A stretch of 64,000 nt of DNA, taken from positions 448,001-512,000 of the forward strand of contig NZ_JAQNDL010000005.1 of assembly GCF_028368995.1 (NCBI RefSeq), in the 5' to 3' direction. Source of the stretch: Nannocystis bainbridge. Lineage in GTDB: Bacteria > Myxococcota_A > Polyangia > Nannocystales > Nannocystaceae. The translations under genes were made by a program, and so were the position numbers. Under the pieces are notes generated by a model. The model was not told the DNA's origin. It did not search any database and saw only the letters and a list, made by a program, of their open reading frames with translations. This document shows positions 29,436 through 38,738 of this stretch, in pieces; the stretch's first letter is position 1, and every line of letters begins with the position of its first letter.

Positions 29436-30112
29436 GACGGCAGCGCTCCCCACCCGCGCGGCCCGGTCGGATCTTCGAGCGGCACCTCCTCGCCCGGCCG
29501 CGAGCGGCTGCGGGCCTGCAGGCTGCGGCTGAGCCACTGGAACATGGTCTCCCACTGCGCCTCCTTGAGCCGCAGCGGCACCCGATCGGGGCACAGCTCG
29601 CCGAGCCTGGCGAACCCTGCCGTCTGCGTCCCGACCGCCAGCAGCACCAGCTTGCGCTCGCGCTCGGCCTCGCGGACGCGGCGCACCGCCTCCGGCCAGC
29701 GCGACAGGTCGGTCGGCTCGCCGTCGGTCAGCAGGAACAGCAGCGGGCGGTAATAATCGAGCCCGCTGCGCCTGTACGCCTGCTTCTTGGCCTCGAGCAG
29801 ATCGAGCGCCTGCGTCAGCGCCGAGGCCATCGGCGTATCGCCGGACGCGCTCAGCGGCGGCGGCTCGAACAGCGCCGCCTCGCCGAAATCGCCGTGCACC
29901 GTGACCTGCCCGCCGAACGTGACGACCACCAGCTCGACCCGGTTGCGGGCCACCGGGTCGCGGGCCAGCGCGCCACGCAGCCCGTCGAGCCCGGCGGCCA
30001 CGTCGGCCAGGTCATCGGCCATCGAGCTGGAGGTGTCGACGAGCAACACGAGCGGCTGGCGCGGCTCGCGGTTGTTGTCGTTGACGCGGACACGGTCGAC
30101 CAGGGCGCTCAT
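29432..30112 (-). CDS. TerY/YegL-like vWA protein
   Basis: NREPRQPLVLLVDTSSSM (MIDAS), GDTPM, YYRPLLFLLTDGEPTD, FQWLSRS. Confidence 0.88.
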   Translation of the reverse strand: MSALVDRVRVNDNNREPRQPLVLLVDTSSSMADDLADVAAGLDGLRGALARDPVARNRVELVVVTFGGQVTVHGDFGEAALFEPPPLSASGDTPMASALTQALDLLEAKKQAYRRSGLDYYRPLLFLLTDGEPTDLSRWPEAVRRVREAERERKLVLLAVGTQTAGFARLGELCPDRVPLRLKEAQWETMFQWLSRSLQARSRSRPGEEVPLEDPTGPRGWGALPS

Positions 30113-30585
30113 GGCCAGGAGGGGACCACGGGACGCCGTGGCGAGCAAAAAACTCTCTGTGGGCGTCTGGCGCCGCGGCGAGGGGCCGGAGCAGGCAACC
30201 TCGGCGCCCGCGAACCGTCGGTCACGAACGCGCAAGAATGCGCAATCGCGCCTGACCGGCGCCCGTGAGCCCCGAAGCTGGCCCACTCGAACCAGTCCAG
30301 TCGTGGCTAGCGACGCCATCGCCGTCGTCTTGCTCGTGACTCTCGGCCGCCAGCGGAACCACCCGCCGCGCGAGACCCGGTGATTCTCGGCAGGCGCGGC
30401 GCCTCGTGACGGTCGGCCCTCGATCACCGCGTCGCGCGCGCGGCTCGGCAGCACCAAGGTCTGGCACGTGGTCTTGACCGAGGTCTCGCTCCGCCCGAAG
30501 CGATGAGAGCGCGGCGCCAGCGAACGCATGGTGCGATGGGAAGCGGTGGCACGCGCTGCCGGCGAGCCCCCGCGGCGCGCGACCG

Positions 30586-31713
30586 CTACAGCGACGTCAT
30601 CACGGCGTAGATGTCGGCCAGGCCGTCCTTCCAGATCTGATGGGCGAGGCCGGGGATCCGGCATGTGGCGACCTCGGCCCCGGCGTCGCAGCCCGTGAAG
30701 CCCAGGCAGGGCGCCGGCGCCACTGGCTCCTGGGCCCCGCTGCACCCCTGGCGCGCGGCGAAGCCGGCCAACGTCGCCTCCTCGTCGGCGTGGCGCGTGA
30801 CATCGTCCTCGCCCATGACGCTCATCACCATGACGGCGCCGTCGCACTGGTTCGCCACGTCGTTGTAGGGGTCGCAGACGCCGGGCCCGTAGGAGAAGCA
30901 GCGCCCGCCGAACGGGAACACCGCGCGCACGCGGTCGCTCCGCAAGCAGCCGAGGTGGAACGCCATCTGCCCGCCGTTGCTCATGCCGATCACGAACACG
31001 CGGTTGAGGTCGATGCAATAGTCCCCGGCGAGCTTGTCCAGCACCTGCTCGAACACCACGAGGCTCGCGTCGAGGTTGAATGGCACGAAGTGCTTCTGGT
31101 TCCACTCCGGGGCCGTCCACCCCTGCGGCGCCACGTTGATCGAAAAGCCCGCGTTCTCGGTGCTCAGGGTGTCGAGCTGGAACTGGTTGGTGTTCGCGGT
31201 CCCGTCCACGCCGTGGTAGCTGAAGATCAAAGCGTGCGGCTTGGCGGCGTCGTACGGGGTCGGCACGAACATGTCGTAGAAGCGCTCGACGCCGTCGACC
31301 GTCGTCTTCTGTTCGTCGAGGTGTCCGGTCGGCGCTCCGCCCAGTCCGCAGCCCGGGCTCGGGAGCACTGGCACATCGACCTCCATGTCGCCGGTGCTGG
31401 AGCTGCTGCCGGTGCTGGTGCTGCCGCTCGTCGTCTCGGGGGCCGCGCCCGTCGTCGTGCCGGTCACGGTCCCGCCGGTCGAGCTCGACGTGCTGGCCGT
31501 TCCAGTGGTCCCGTCGCTGCCCGTGATCGGCGCGTCGCTCGTCGGTGCACCCGTCGTCGGGCTCGCGCCGGTGCTCGTGCTCGTGACCGCCGTGGTGGCC
31601 TCGGAGCCGGTCGTCTGCGTGCTGCTGCTGCCGCCGCCCCCGCACGCGGCCGACCCCGTCGCCATGGCCAACAGGACGCCGGAGACGATACTTTGGCGCG
31701 GACTCAGGAGCAT
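30586..31713 (-). CDS. Lipoprotein alpha/beta hydrolase (feruloyl esterase/PHB depolymerase-like)
   Basis: Lipobox SAAC, Thr/Ser linker, PSPGCG, YCIDLNRVFVIGMSNGG nucleophile elbow, C-terminal His. Confidence 0.8.
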   Translation of the reverse strand: MLLSPRQSIVSGVLLAMATGSAACGGGGSSSTQTTGSEATTAVTSTSTGASPTTGAPTSDAPITGSDGTTGTASTSSSTGGTVTGTTTGAAPETTSGSTSTGSSSSTGDMEVDVPVLPSPGCGLGGAPTGHLDEQKTTVDGVERFYDMFVPTPYDAAKPHALIFSYHGVDGTANTNQFQLDTLSTENAGFSINVAPQGWTAPEWNQKHFVPFNLDASLVVFEQVLDKLAGDYCIDLNRVFVIGMSNGGQMAFHLGCLRSDRVRAVFPFGGRCFSYGPGVCDPYNDVANQCDGAVMVMSVMGEDDVTRHADEEATLAGFAARQGCSGAQEPVAPAPCLGFTGCDAGAEVATCRIPGLAHQIWKDGLADIYAVMTSL

Positions 31714-31843
31714 CCGGTCAGGCTATCATCGGCGCCGACGAGGAGGCAATCCATCCCCGAAACTCCGCCCCGATCGGACATATCGACGACCATCGCGCAT
31801 ACCCTGTCCAAAGCCGCCTGACCCTGGGTTATCTTCGCTGTGG

Positions 31844-32839
31844 GTGTTTACCCTCACCAACCGGACGTCCTGCCAGGTCCACACGCAACTGCTGCTCGAC
31901 GCCAATGGCGAAGAGCGCCTGCTGGTCCTCGCCAAGGCGAGCTTCCGCATCGAGGCCGGGAAGCTCGTGAGCGCCGACGCCGAGCTGGTGCTCGCCGATC
32001 GCTATCGCGGGGACCCCACCGCCTCGAGCCTCGTCGCGGCCGGCGAGGTCGTGCTCGCCAAGCCGCTCCCGGATCTGCTCCTGTCGGGCAACGCCTACCC
32101 CTCCGAGCCCGGCGGCACCATGGGACACGTCAGCTTTCGCGTCGGTGCCTGGTCCAAGGATGCGCTGGTCTTCGGCGACCGCACATGGACGCGCGGCGTC
32201 ACCGGGCTCCGTCCTGCTGCTCCGCAGCCGTTCGAGACGATGCCGCTGATCTACGAGCGCGCGTTCGGTGGCGCCGACCTCGACGCACGGCCGCCGCTGG
32301 AGTGCGCCGAGAACCCGGTCGGCGTCGGTCTCGTCGGTTGCCAGGCCGGAGCGCCGTTGCCCAACCTCGAACACCCGCATCACCGCCTCGAGGCGCCCGG
32401 CGATCGCCCACCGCCGCGAGCCTTCGGCCCGATCGCCCCGCACTGGCAGCCGCGGCGGAGCCTCCACGGCACCTTCGATGCGGCGTGGCAGCGCACGCGT
32501 CTGCCGCTGCCCCCGCTCGATGGCGATCCGCGCGCGGCCCAGGTCGCGCCGCCCGATCAGGTCTACCCGACGATGTTGCGGGGCGACGAGGAGGTCGAGA
32601 TCCGCGGAGCCCAGCCAGGCGGCGCGTGGTTGACGTTTCGCCTGCCTTCGATGCACGTGCAGGTGATCGTCCACGACGGAAAACACCGGCGCGCCTTGCC
32701 GACCGCCCTCGACACCCTGCACGTCGACGCCGAGGCGCGCCGCCTCGACCTGACGTGGCGCGCGAGTTTGTCGGTGCACGAGCGATTCGACGAGCTCGCC
32801 TGGGTGCTTGTCGACTCCGCGGGAGGACCGAGTGTCTGA
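31844..32839 (+). CDS. DUF2169 T6SS adaptor
   Basis: LAKASF, KP.PDLLLSGNAY, VFGDRTW, PFETMPLIYERAFGG, ENPVGVG, FGPIAPHWQPR, DTLHVD...TWR; GTG start inferred. Confidence 0.9.
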   Translation: MFTLTNRTSCQVHTQLLLDANGEERLLVLAKASFRIEAGKLVSADAELVLADRYRGDPTASSLVAAGEVVLAKPLPDLLLSGNAYPSEPGGTMGHVSFRVGAWSKDALVFGDRTWTRGVTGLRPAAPQPFETMPLIYERAFGGADLDARPPLECAENPVGVGLVGCQAGAPLPNLEHPHHRLEAPGDRPPPRAFGPIAPHWQPRRSLHGTFDAAWQRTRLPLPPLDGDPRAAQVAPPDQVYPTMLRGDEEVEIRGAQPGGAWLTFRLPSMHVQVIVHDGKHRRALPTALDTLHVDAEARRLDLTWRASLSVHERFDELAWVLVDSAGGPSV

Positions 32840-33881
32840 CGAACGCCTGGTCGTGACCGGGGCGGGCATGCGCACGCCGGTGGGGACCAACGCGCCCGGC
32901 ACGTGTGGGGCGCTCCGGGCCGGCATCTCGCGCCTGGCAGCCTGGCCGCACTTCGGCTTCGCCGGCGAGCCCCTGAACGTCGGGGCCGTCGCCGCCGAGC
33001 GGAAGGACGCGCCGTGGGTCGAGAAGGCGGTCCCGATCGTCTCACCGGCGATCCACGAGGCGCTCTGGCAGGCTGGGCTTTATGCGTATACGTGGCACCG
33101 GCGCCGCGTGGGGCTGTTCTTCTCGACGCCGTCGCCGACCCGCCCCGGGGTATTGCCCGAACGACTCGCCAACTTTCGCGCGTATGTCGGCGACCTCTGG
33201 GCCGAGCTCGCGGGCAACGACCTCGTTCACTACGTCGAGCAGGCGCACGTCGGCGGCGCGCTCGCGTTGGCCCACGCGTCCGAGGCCGTGGCGAAGGGCG
33301 AACTCGACGCCGCGGTGGTCGCCGGCTTCGAGTCGTATTTGGACAGCGTCTACCTCGACGAACTCCTGGGCGACGGCCGCCTGCTCACCGCCGATCGCTC
33401 CAGCGGCATCATCCCGGGCGAGGCCGCCGCAGCGCTGGTGATCGAGACGGCGGAGACCGCCCGTCGCCGTCAGGCTCCCGCGCTCGCCACGATCGCCGCC
33501 CTGGCGCTCGAGCAGGAGCCGACCGGCTGGACGCCCATGCGCCCCTCGCAGGCCGAGGCGCTCGCACGCGCGCTGCAGGGCGCCCTCGCGGCGGACCCGG
33601 GCGCCGCGTATCACACGATCATCGTCGACCACACGGGCGAGCGCTGGCGGCCGCGCGAGTGGGCCCTCGTCGAGCCCCGGGCGCTCGGCTCGCTGCCGGA
33701 GGATTGGGCGCTCTGGCACCCCGTCGAGGGCATCGGCGACGTCGGCGCGGCCTTCGTCCCCCTCGCGGTCGGGTGGGCGACCCAGGCGTTCGCCCGCCGC
33801 TACGCCGGCCCGGGAGGTATCCTGGTCGGCGCCATGAACGACACCGGCGAGCGGGCCATCGTCGCGCTCATGCCCCCCTGA
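32832..33881 (+). CDS. Ketoacyl-synthase-like T6SS co-chaperone (PRK06147 type)
   Basis: GMRTPVG...ALRAGISR, GIIPGEAAAALV, D.TGE.WR.REW, IGDVGAA; sits between DUF2169 and PAAR-like genes. Confidence 0.85.
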   Translation: MSDERLVVTGAGMRTPVGTNAPGTCGALRAGISRLAAWPHFGFAGEPLNVGAVAAERKDAPWVEKAVPIVSPAIHEALWQAGLYAYTWHRRRVGLFFSTPSPTRPGVLPERLANFRAYVGDLWAELAGNDLVHYVEQAHVGGALALAHASEAVAKGELDAAVVAGFESYLDSVYLDELLGDGRLLTADRSSGIIPGEAAAALVIETAETARRRQAPALATIAALALEQEPTGWTPMRPSQAEALARALQGALAADPGAAYHTIIVDHTGERWRPREWALVEPRALGSLPEDWALWHPVEGIGDVGAAFVPLAVGWATQAFARRYAGPGGILVGAMNDTGERAIVALMPP

Positions 33882-33890
33882 GAACCACGC

Positions 33891-35309
33891 ATGCCCGCCA
33901 CGGTCATCATCAACAACCTCACCGTCGTTCACAAGCAGAGCGGCGGGACGAGCGTCGCGGCGCCCGACGTGTGCAAGACGCCGACGCCGAGCGGGCCGGT
34001 GCCGCTGCCGTATGCCAACACCGCGCTCTCCCGCGACGTGGCGAAGGGCGGCAAGCGGACCCGCATCGACGGTCAGCCGCCCGCGCTCAAGTCGAGCACG
34101 TTCTCGAGCAGCGCCGGCAACGAGCCGGGCTCGCTCGGCGGAATCATCTCGGGCAAGACGAAGGGCCGGGCGAAGCCGCGGAGCTACTCGCTCGACGTCA
34201 AGGTCGAGAACCAGCCGGTGGTCCGCTTCACCGACGTGATGGTCCAGAACGCCGGCGCCGCTCCGAACGCGACCGGCATCATCAGCCAGCCGAGCGGCGC
34301 GGCGACCGGCCTCGATCCCGACAAGGTCGAGGTCGTCGAGTTGCGCTGGTCCACGACGAAGCTGTGCTGCGGAGACCCCGTCACGCTGCACGTGGCGACC
34401 CAGAACGCCAAGGACGGCCAGCCCGTCCAGGTCTGGGCGCGACGCACCGATCCGAGCCGATGGACGACGATGGAGGGGCTCGCCGTCGAGGTCCACGGCA
34501 ACAAGGCCGAGGTGCCGTGGATCTCGCGCTGGCGCTTCAAGTTCCGCGAGAACATCCCGGCGGTCGCGGCCCAGGAGACGCTCAAGGGCGCGCAGAAGAG
34601 CAGCAACGCCCTGGAATTCCAGAACCCTCCCGCGCAGGCGAAGCAGACGATCCACGCAGCCACGCATTGGGCGTGGAAGTTCGTCTTCGACGACACGCTC
34701 CAGAAGTGGATCAAGAATGGCGAACACTACGCGTGGGAGGTCGCCTTCGACATCGCTATCGCCGACGGCTGGATGATCGTGCGCCGCGAGCTGGACTTCA
34801 ACCTCCGCTCGGGACAGGCGCCGGTAAGTCCGCTGACATGGCGCGCGTGGGCGCAGGAGATCGAGGCGGTGTGGGACCGCAAGTTCTACTTTCACCGCGT
34901 CGACTGCAAGCGAGAGCACCGCTGCGACTGCAGCCTCATAGGCTGCTGCAAGTATCCGCTGCGGATCTTCGCCAAGCAGGGCGCGGCCCACGGCGAGGTC
35001 GATCTGTTCGAGGGCGCGCCGCGGGCGAAGAATTGGGGCAAGCCGGATCTCTGGTGGTACTCGCACACGTGGTGGACGGAGCTCGGCGAAGCCAACGGCT
35101 ACGTGCGAGCGCACGAGTTCGGTCACCTCATCGGCTGCTACGATGAATACAAGGGCGGCGCCTGCCAGACCGGCGGTCATTGGGTCGGGGCCCCCAACAG
35201 CATCATGAACGACGGCAGGACCGTGTTCCCGCGGCACGTGGAGACCTTCCGCAAGATGTTCTCGGCGGCGAGCCCCGTCGTCGGCGCGGTGCGCACGGTA
35301 CGGGTTTAA
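33891..35309 (+). CDS. PAAR-like (DUF4150) effector with C-terminal zinc metallopeptidase
   Basis: PDVCKTPTPSGPVPLPYAN...GNEPG..GG..SG...S.DVKVE..PVVR..D; C-terminal AHEFGHLIGCYDEY and NSIM Met-turn. Confidence 0.88.
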   Translation: MPATVIINNLTVVHKQSGGTSVAAPDVCKTPTPSGPVPLPYANTALSRDVAKGGKRTRIDGQPPALKSSTFSSSAGNEPGSLGGIISGKTKGRAKPRSYSLDVKVENQPVVRFTDVMVQNAGAAPNATGIISQPSGAATGLDPDKVEVVELRWSTTKLCCGDPVTLHVATQNAKDGQPVQVWARRTDPSRWTTMEGLAVEVHGNKAEVPWISRWRFKFRENIPAVAAQETLKGAQKSSNALEFQNPPAQAKQTIHAATHWAWKFVFDDTLQKWIKNGEHYAWEVAFDIAIADGWMIVRRELDFNLRSGQAPVSPLTWRAWAQEIEAVWDRKFYFHRVDCKREHRCDCSLIGCCKYPLRIFAKQGAAHGEVDLFEGAPRAKNWGKPDLWWYSHTWWTELGEANGYVRAHEFGHLIGCYDEYKGGACQTGGHWVGAPNSIMNDGRTVFPRHVETFRKMFSAASPVVGAVRTVRV

Positions 35310-35321
35310 AAGGGTATCCCC

Positions 35322-36170
35322 ATGACCGATCTCCTCTGGCCTTTCAAACTTCACCAATCGATCCCCAGCTACTCGCGCGGCGAGCTCGGCGCATCGCTCG
35401 ACGCCGACGGCAGCTTCCATTTCTGGACGCCGGGTGTGATCCGCGGCCGCCCCGAGATCGGCTCCTACGTCCACGAGTTCCCTCCCCAGCGAGCGCTCGA
35501 CTTCCGCGCCATGGTCGAGCAGGCTGGGGTCTGGGACTTGCCGCGGCTCAAGGCCCTGCGGCCGGAGCAGCCGCACGTGTTCATGATGGCAGGCGCTTGG
35601 GAAGGCCCCAAGCGCTCGGTGATGTGGGCGATCGACGCAGTGCCCACCGAGGTCCTGCCGATCATGGACGCGTTTCACAAAATGGTCGACGAGGCGTTCT
35701 CCAGCCCACTCAAGGTGCTCGCGGGCGCCGCTCGCTGGACAGCGCCGAGCTTCTCGGCCCGCGACTTGTTCCAGCTCGAGCTCACCCTGAGCAACAAGGG
35801 GACCCAGCAAATCTCGCTGCAGGACCCGATGGGGCTCGATGCCCGCGGCTCGCTGCTGACCCTGCTCATCTCGCAGGTGCCGACCCGGGAGTTCCCGTCG
35901 CCGACACCGAACCGCGTCACCATCACGCCCCCGATGCTCTCCCGACCCGACCAGGCCCAGCCCCACGCCAAAAAGCCGCCAGGTTCGCGCCTCACGCTCG
36001 CGCCAGGCGAGTCGGTGCGGTTCGCCGTCTCGACCTCGGCTTTCCTGTCGCCAGCCGAGCACCGGGCGGTCCTGCTCCTCGACACGGGGGACAACGCGCA
36101 GACCCCGAAGGACCATGTGCGCGGCGTCCTCGCCATGGACATGCCGTCCGTCCACATTGTCCATCCGTGA
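35322..36170 (+). CDS. Putative immunity protein
   Basis: Immediately follows the PAAR-toxin on the same strand; no recognisable domain. Confidence 0.5.
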   Translation: MTDLLWPFKLHQSIPSYSRGELGASLDADGSFHFWTPGVIRGRPEIGSYVHEFPPQRALDFRAMVEQAGVWDLPRLKALRPEQPHVFMMAGAWEGPKRSVMWAIDAVPTEVLPIMDAFHKMVDEAFSSPLKVLAGAARWTAPSFSARDLFQLELTLSNKGTQQISLQDPMGLDARGSLLTLLISQVPTREFPSPTPNRVTITPPMLSRPDQAQPHAKKPPGSRLTLAPGESVRFAVSTSAFLSPAEHRAVLLLDTGDNAQTPKDHVRGVLAMDMPSVHIVHP

Positions 36171-36572
36171 GAATGCACGGACGCCCGTTCTCCACGACAG
36201 GTGCCCGCGTGGCGGAGAACTCCATCGGGTGAATCGAAATGCTCCGATCGCGGTGGGAGTGGCCCCTTCACGGGCGATTTCGTTCCCCTTGTGTACTGAA
36301 TGTCTCAAAGGACATGTGTCTCCCGCGACCTCGGCGCCGCGCACACGGCCACGCGCTGCGACCGCCTGTCTCGCTCGTGGAAGTCGCGCATCCGCGACAT
36401 CCGGGGATCGCGCGTCCGCTGACGCGTGGACAGAGGTCCGCCTCGCGCGCTCCGATCCCGATCGTCGGCGCTCGCCTTGTTGAGCGCGGACGCGCTTGCT
36501 AGGGTGGCGCCCGGGCCTCCTCGGCGACGAGGACGGGGGGATGCGGTGGAATCAGAGCTGCTGGTAGCGAAG

Positions 36573-38720
36573 ATGATCGGGGGCAACTCGGCCCGCTTCG
36601 AGGTCGAGGGCTCGGTGAACCAGTACTTCGTGATCCGCTTCTCCGGCGTCGAGGCGGTCTCGGAGCTGTACGAGTTCCAGATCGAGGTCACCTCGCGCTT
36701 CGTCAGCGTCGACGAGTTGGTCGGCTCGCTCGCGCGGCTGCGGCTGGCCGGCATCGACCGCGCCCCGCGTGAGCTCCACGGCCTGATCTGCCGCGCCGAA
36801 TACGTCGGCGAGATGCCGCCGCGCTCGCTGTACAGAGTCACCCTCGTCCCCGAGCTGTGGCGCCTCAAGCTGCGCACCAACAGCCGGATCTTCCAGCACA
36901 TGTCGACCCCGGAGATCGTGACGGCGATCCTCGACGAATCGGGCATCCAGCACCAGCCACGCCTCGCGGCCTCGTACGCGCCGCGCGACTTCTGCGTGCA
37001 ATACCGCGAGAGCGACCTCGCCTTCGTCCGCCGTTTGATGGAGGAGGACGGGATCGCCTTCTACTTCGAGCACGGCGCCGAGAACCACACCCTCGTGCTG
37101 TCGGACATCCACACCGGTCACGCCAAGATCGAGGGCGACCCGAAGCTGCCCTTCCGCATCGACGAGCAGGTCCGCGGCGGCGAGCACGTCCGCAAGTTCT
37201 CGCTCGGCCAGCAGATCACCTCCGACGCCACGGCCGTCCGCGACTACGATCTGCACGCCTCGCAGGACATCGAGGCGCGCCAGGGCGCCGGCCGGCTCGA
37301 GCTGTACGACGCCCCGATCGGCGCGCGCGCGCCGGCCCACGCGACGGCGCAGGCGAAGATCCGCCTCGAAGAGGCGCGCGTGCCCGGGGTCGTCGCCACC
37401 GGCACCAGCGACTGCCCGCGGCTCGTCCCCGGCCACGCCTTCACGCTCGAGGGCCACCTCCGCGGCGAGCTCGACGGCGAGTACCACGTCCTGCGCGCGG
37501 TCCACCGCGGCGAGCAGCCGCGGATCGTCTATGCCGACGCCGAGCTGGTGTACGACAACGACTTCGTGGCGGTCCCGGTGGCCACGCCGTACCGCCCGCC
37601 GCGTCTCACGCCGCGGCCGACGATCCGCGGCGTGCAGGTCGCCACCGTCGTCGGCCCCGCCGGCGAGGAGATCTACGTCGACCCGCAAGGCCGCGTGAAG
37701 GTGCAGTTTCACTGGGACCGCAGCGGCCGGTACAGCGAGCTGAGCTCGTGCTGGGTGCGCGTCAGCCAGGCGTGGGCCGGCCCCGCCTACGGCTCGATGT
37801 TCATCCCGCGGATCGGTCACGAGGTGTTGGTCGAGTTCATCGAGGGCGACCCCGATCGACCGATCATCACCGGACGGATCTACGACGGCACCCGCGGCCC
37901 GCCGTACCCGCTGCCGGACGAGAAGACCAAGAGCACGATCAAGTCGGACTCGAGCCCCGGCGGCGGCGGCTTCAACGAGCTGCGCTTCGAGGACGCCAAG
38001 GGCGCCGAGGAGATCTACGTCCACGCCCAGCTCGACATGAACACCGACGTCCTGCGCGACGCCACCCGCGATGTCGGCCGCGACGACCACCTGACCGTCG
38101 CCAACAATCAAACCGAGGCCGTCGGCGTCGACCGCACCGCGTCCGTCGGCAACAACGAGACGATGACGGTCGGCCAGCACCAGACCACCACGATCGGCGG
38201 CGACCAGACCACCGTCATCGACGCCAACCAGACCACCACCGTCACCGGCGGCCAGGACACCGTCGTCGGCGGCGACCAGACCATCAGCGTGTACGGCCAC
38301 ATCCTGACCGCCGCAGCCGCCGACAACGCGCTGGCCGTCGGCGGCGACCAGCACGTGCAGATCCAGGGCCTGCGCACCCTCGAGGTCGGCCTCGACCAGC
38401 GCACCACCGTGCTCGGCAACATCACCTGCGACGTCGGCATGAGCGTCCAGGCCACGATCGGCACCGACGCGGTCGTCAACGTCGGGGCCAACCACTACCT
38501 GATCGTCGGCGGCGAGCGCTATGCAGCCGTCGGCGGCAACGACTCGGTGATCGCCGCCGGCGCCGTGACGATCTCGGCGGCGACCATCACCCTGACCGCC
38601 GGCGGCTCGGCGATCACCCTCTACCCCGGCGGCATCGACATCTCCACCGGGGGCACCGTCTCCATCAACGGCTCACTCGTCACCGTCAACATGGCGGCGA
38701 TGGGTGGCGGCCTGTTCTGA
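36573..38720 (+). CDS. vgrG: Canonical full-length VgrG
   Basis: FSGVEAVSELYEF, CVQYRESDLAFVRRLMEEDGI, GRVKVQFHWDR, WVRVSQAWAG, IPRIGHEVLVEF.EGDPDRP, NELRFED, gp5 repeats; alternative GTG start at 36546. Confidence 0.95.
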   Translation: MIGGNSARFEVEGSVNQYFVIRFSGVEAVSELYEFQIEVTSRFVSVDELVGSLARLRLAGIDRAPRELHGLICRAEYVGEMPPRSLYRVTLVPELWRLKLRTNSRIFQHMSTPEIVTAILDESGIQHQPRLAASYAPRDFCVQYRESDLAFVRRLMEEDGIAFYFEHGAENHTLVLSDIHTGHAKIEGDPKLPFRIDEQVRGGEHVRKFSLGQQITSDATAVRDYDLHASQDIEARQGAGRLELYDAPIGARAPAHATAQAKIRLEEARVPGVVATGTSDCPRLVPGHAFTLEGHLRGELDGEYHVLRAVHRGEQPRIVYADAELVYDNDFVAVPVATPYRPPRLTPRPTIRGVQVATVVGPAGEEIYVDPQGRVKVQFHWDRSGRYSELSSCWVRVSQAWAGPAYGSMFIPRIGHEVLVEFIEGDPDRPIITGRIYDGTRGPPYPLPDEKTKSTIKSDSSPGGGGFNELRFEDAKGAEEIYVHAQLDMNTDVLRDATRDVGRDDHLTVANNQTEAVGVDRTASVGNNETMTVGQHQTTTIGGDQTTVIDANQTTTVTGGQDTVVGGDQTISVYGHILTAAAADNALAVGGDQHVQIQGLRTLEVGLDQRTTVLGNITCDVGMSVQATIGTDAVVNVGANHYLIVGGERYAAVGGNDSVIAAGAVTISAATITLTAGGSAITLYPGGIDISTGGTVSINGSLVTVNMAAMGGGLF

Positions 38721-38738
38721 GCATCGACCGGAGGACCC

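Noticed and set aside
29432-31645. Apparent 737-aa vWA fusion
   Set aside because: The upstream part is off-frame over the hydrolase gene; the real start is ATG 30112.
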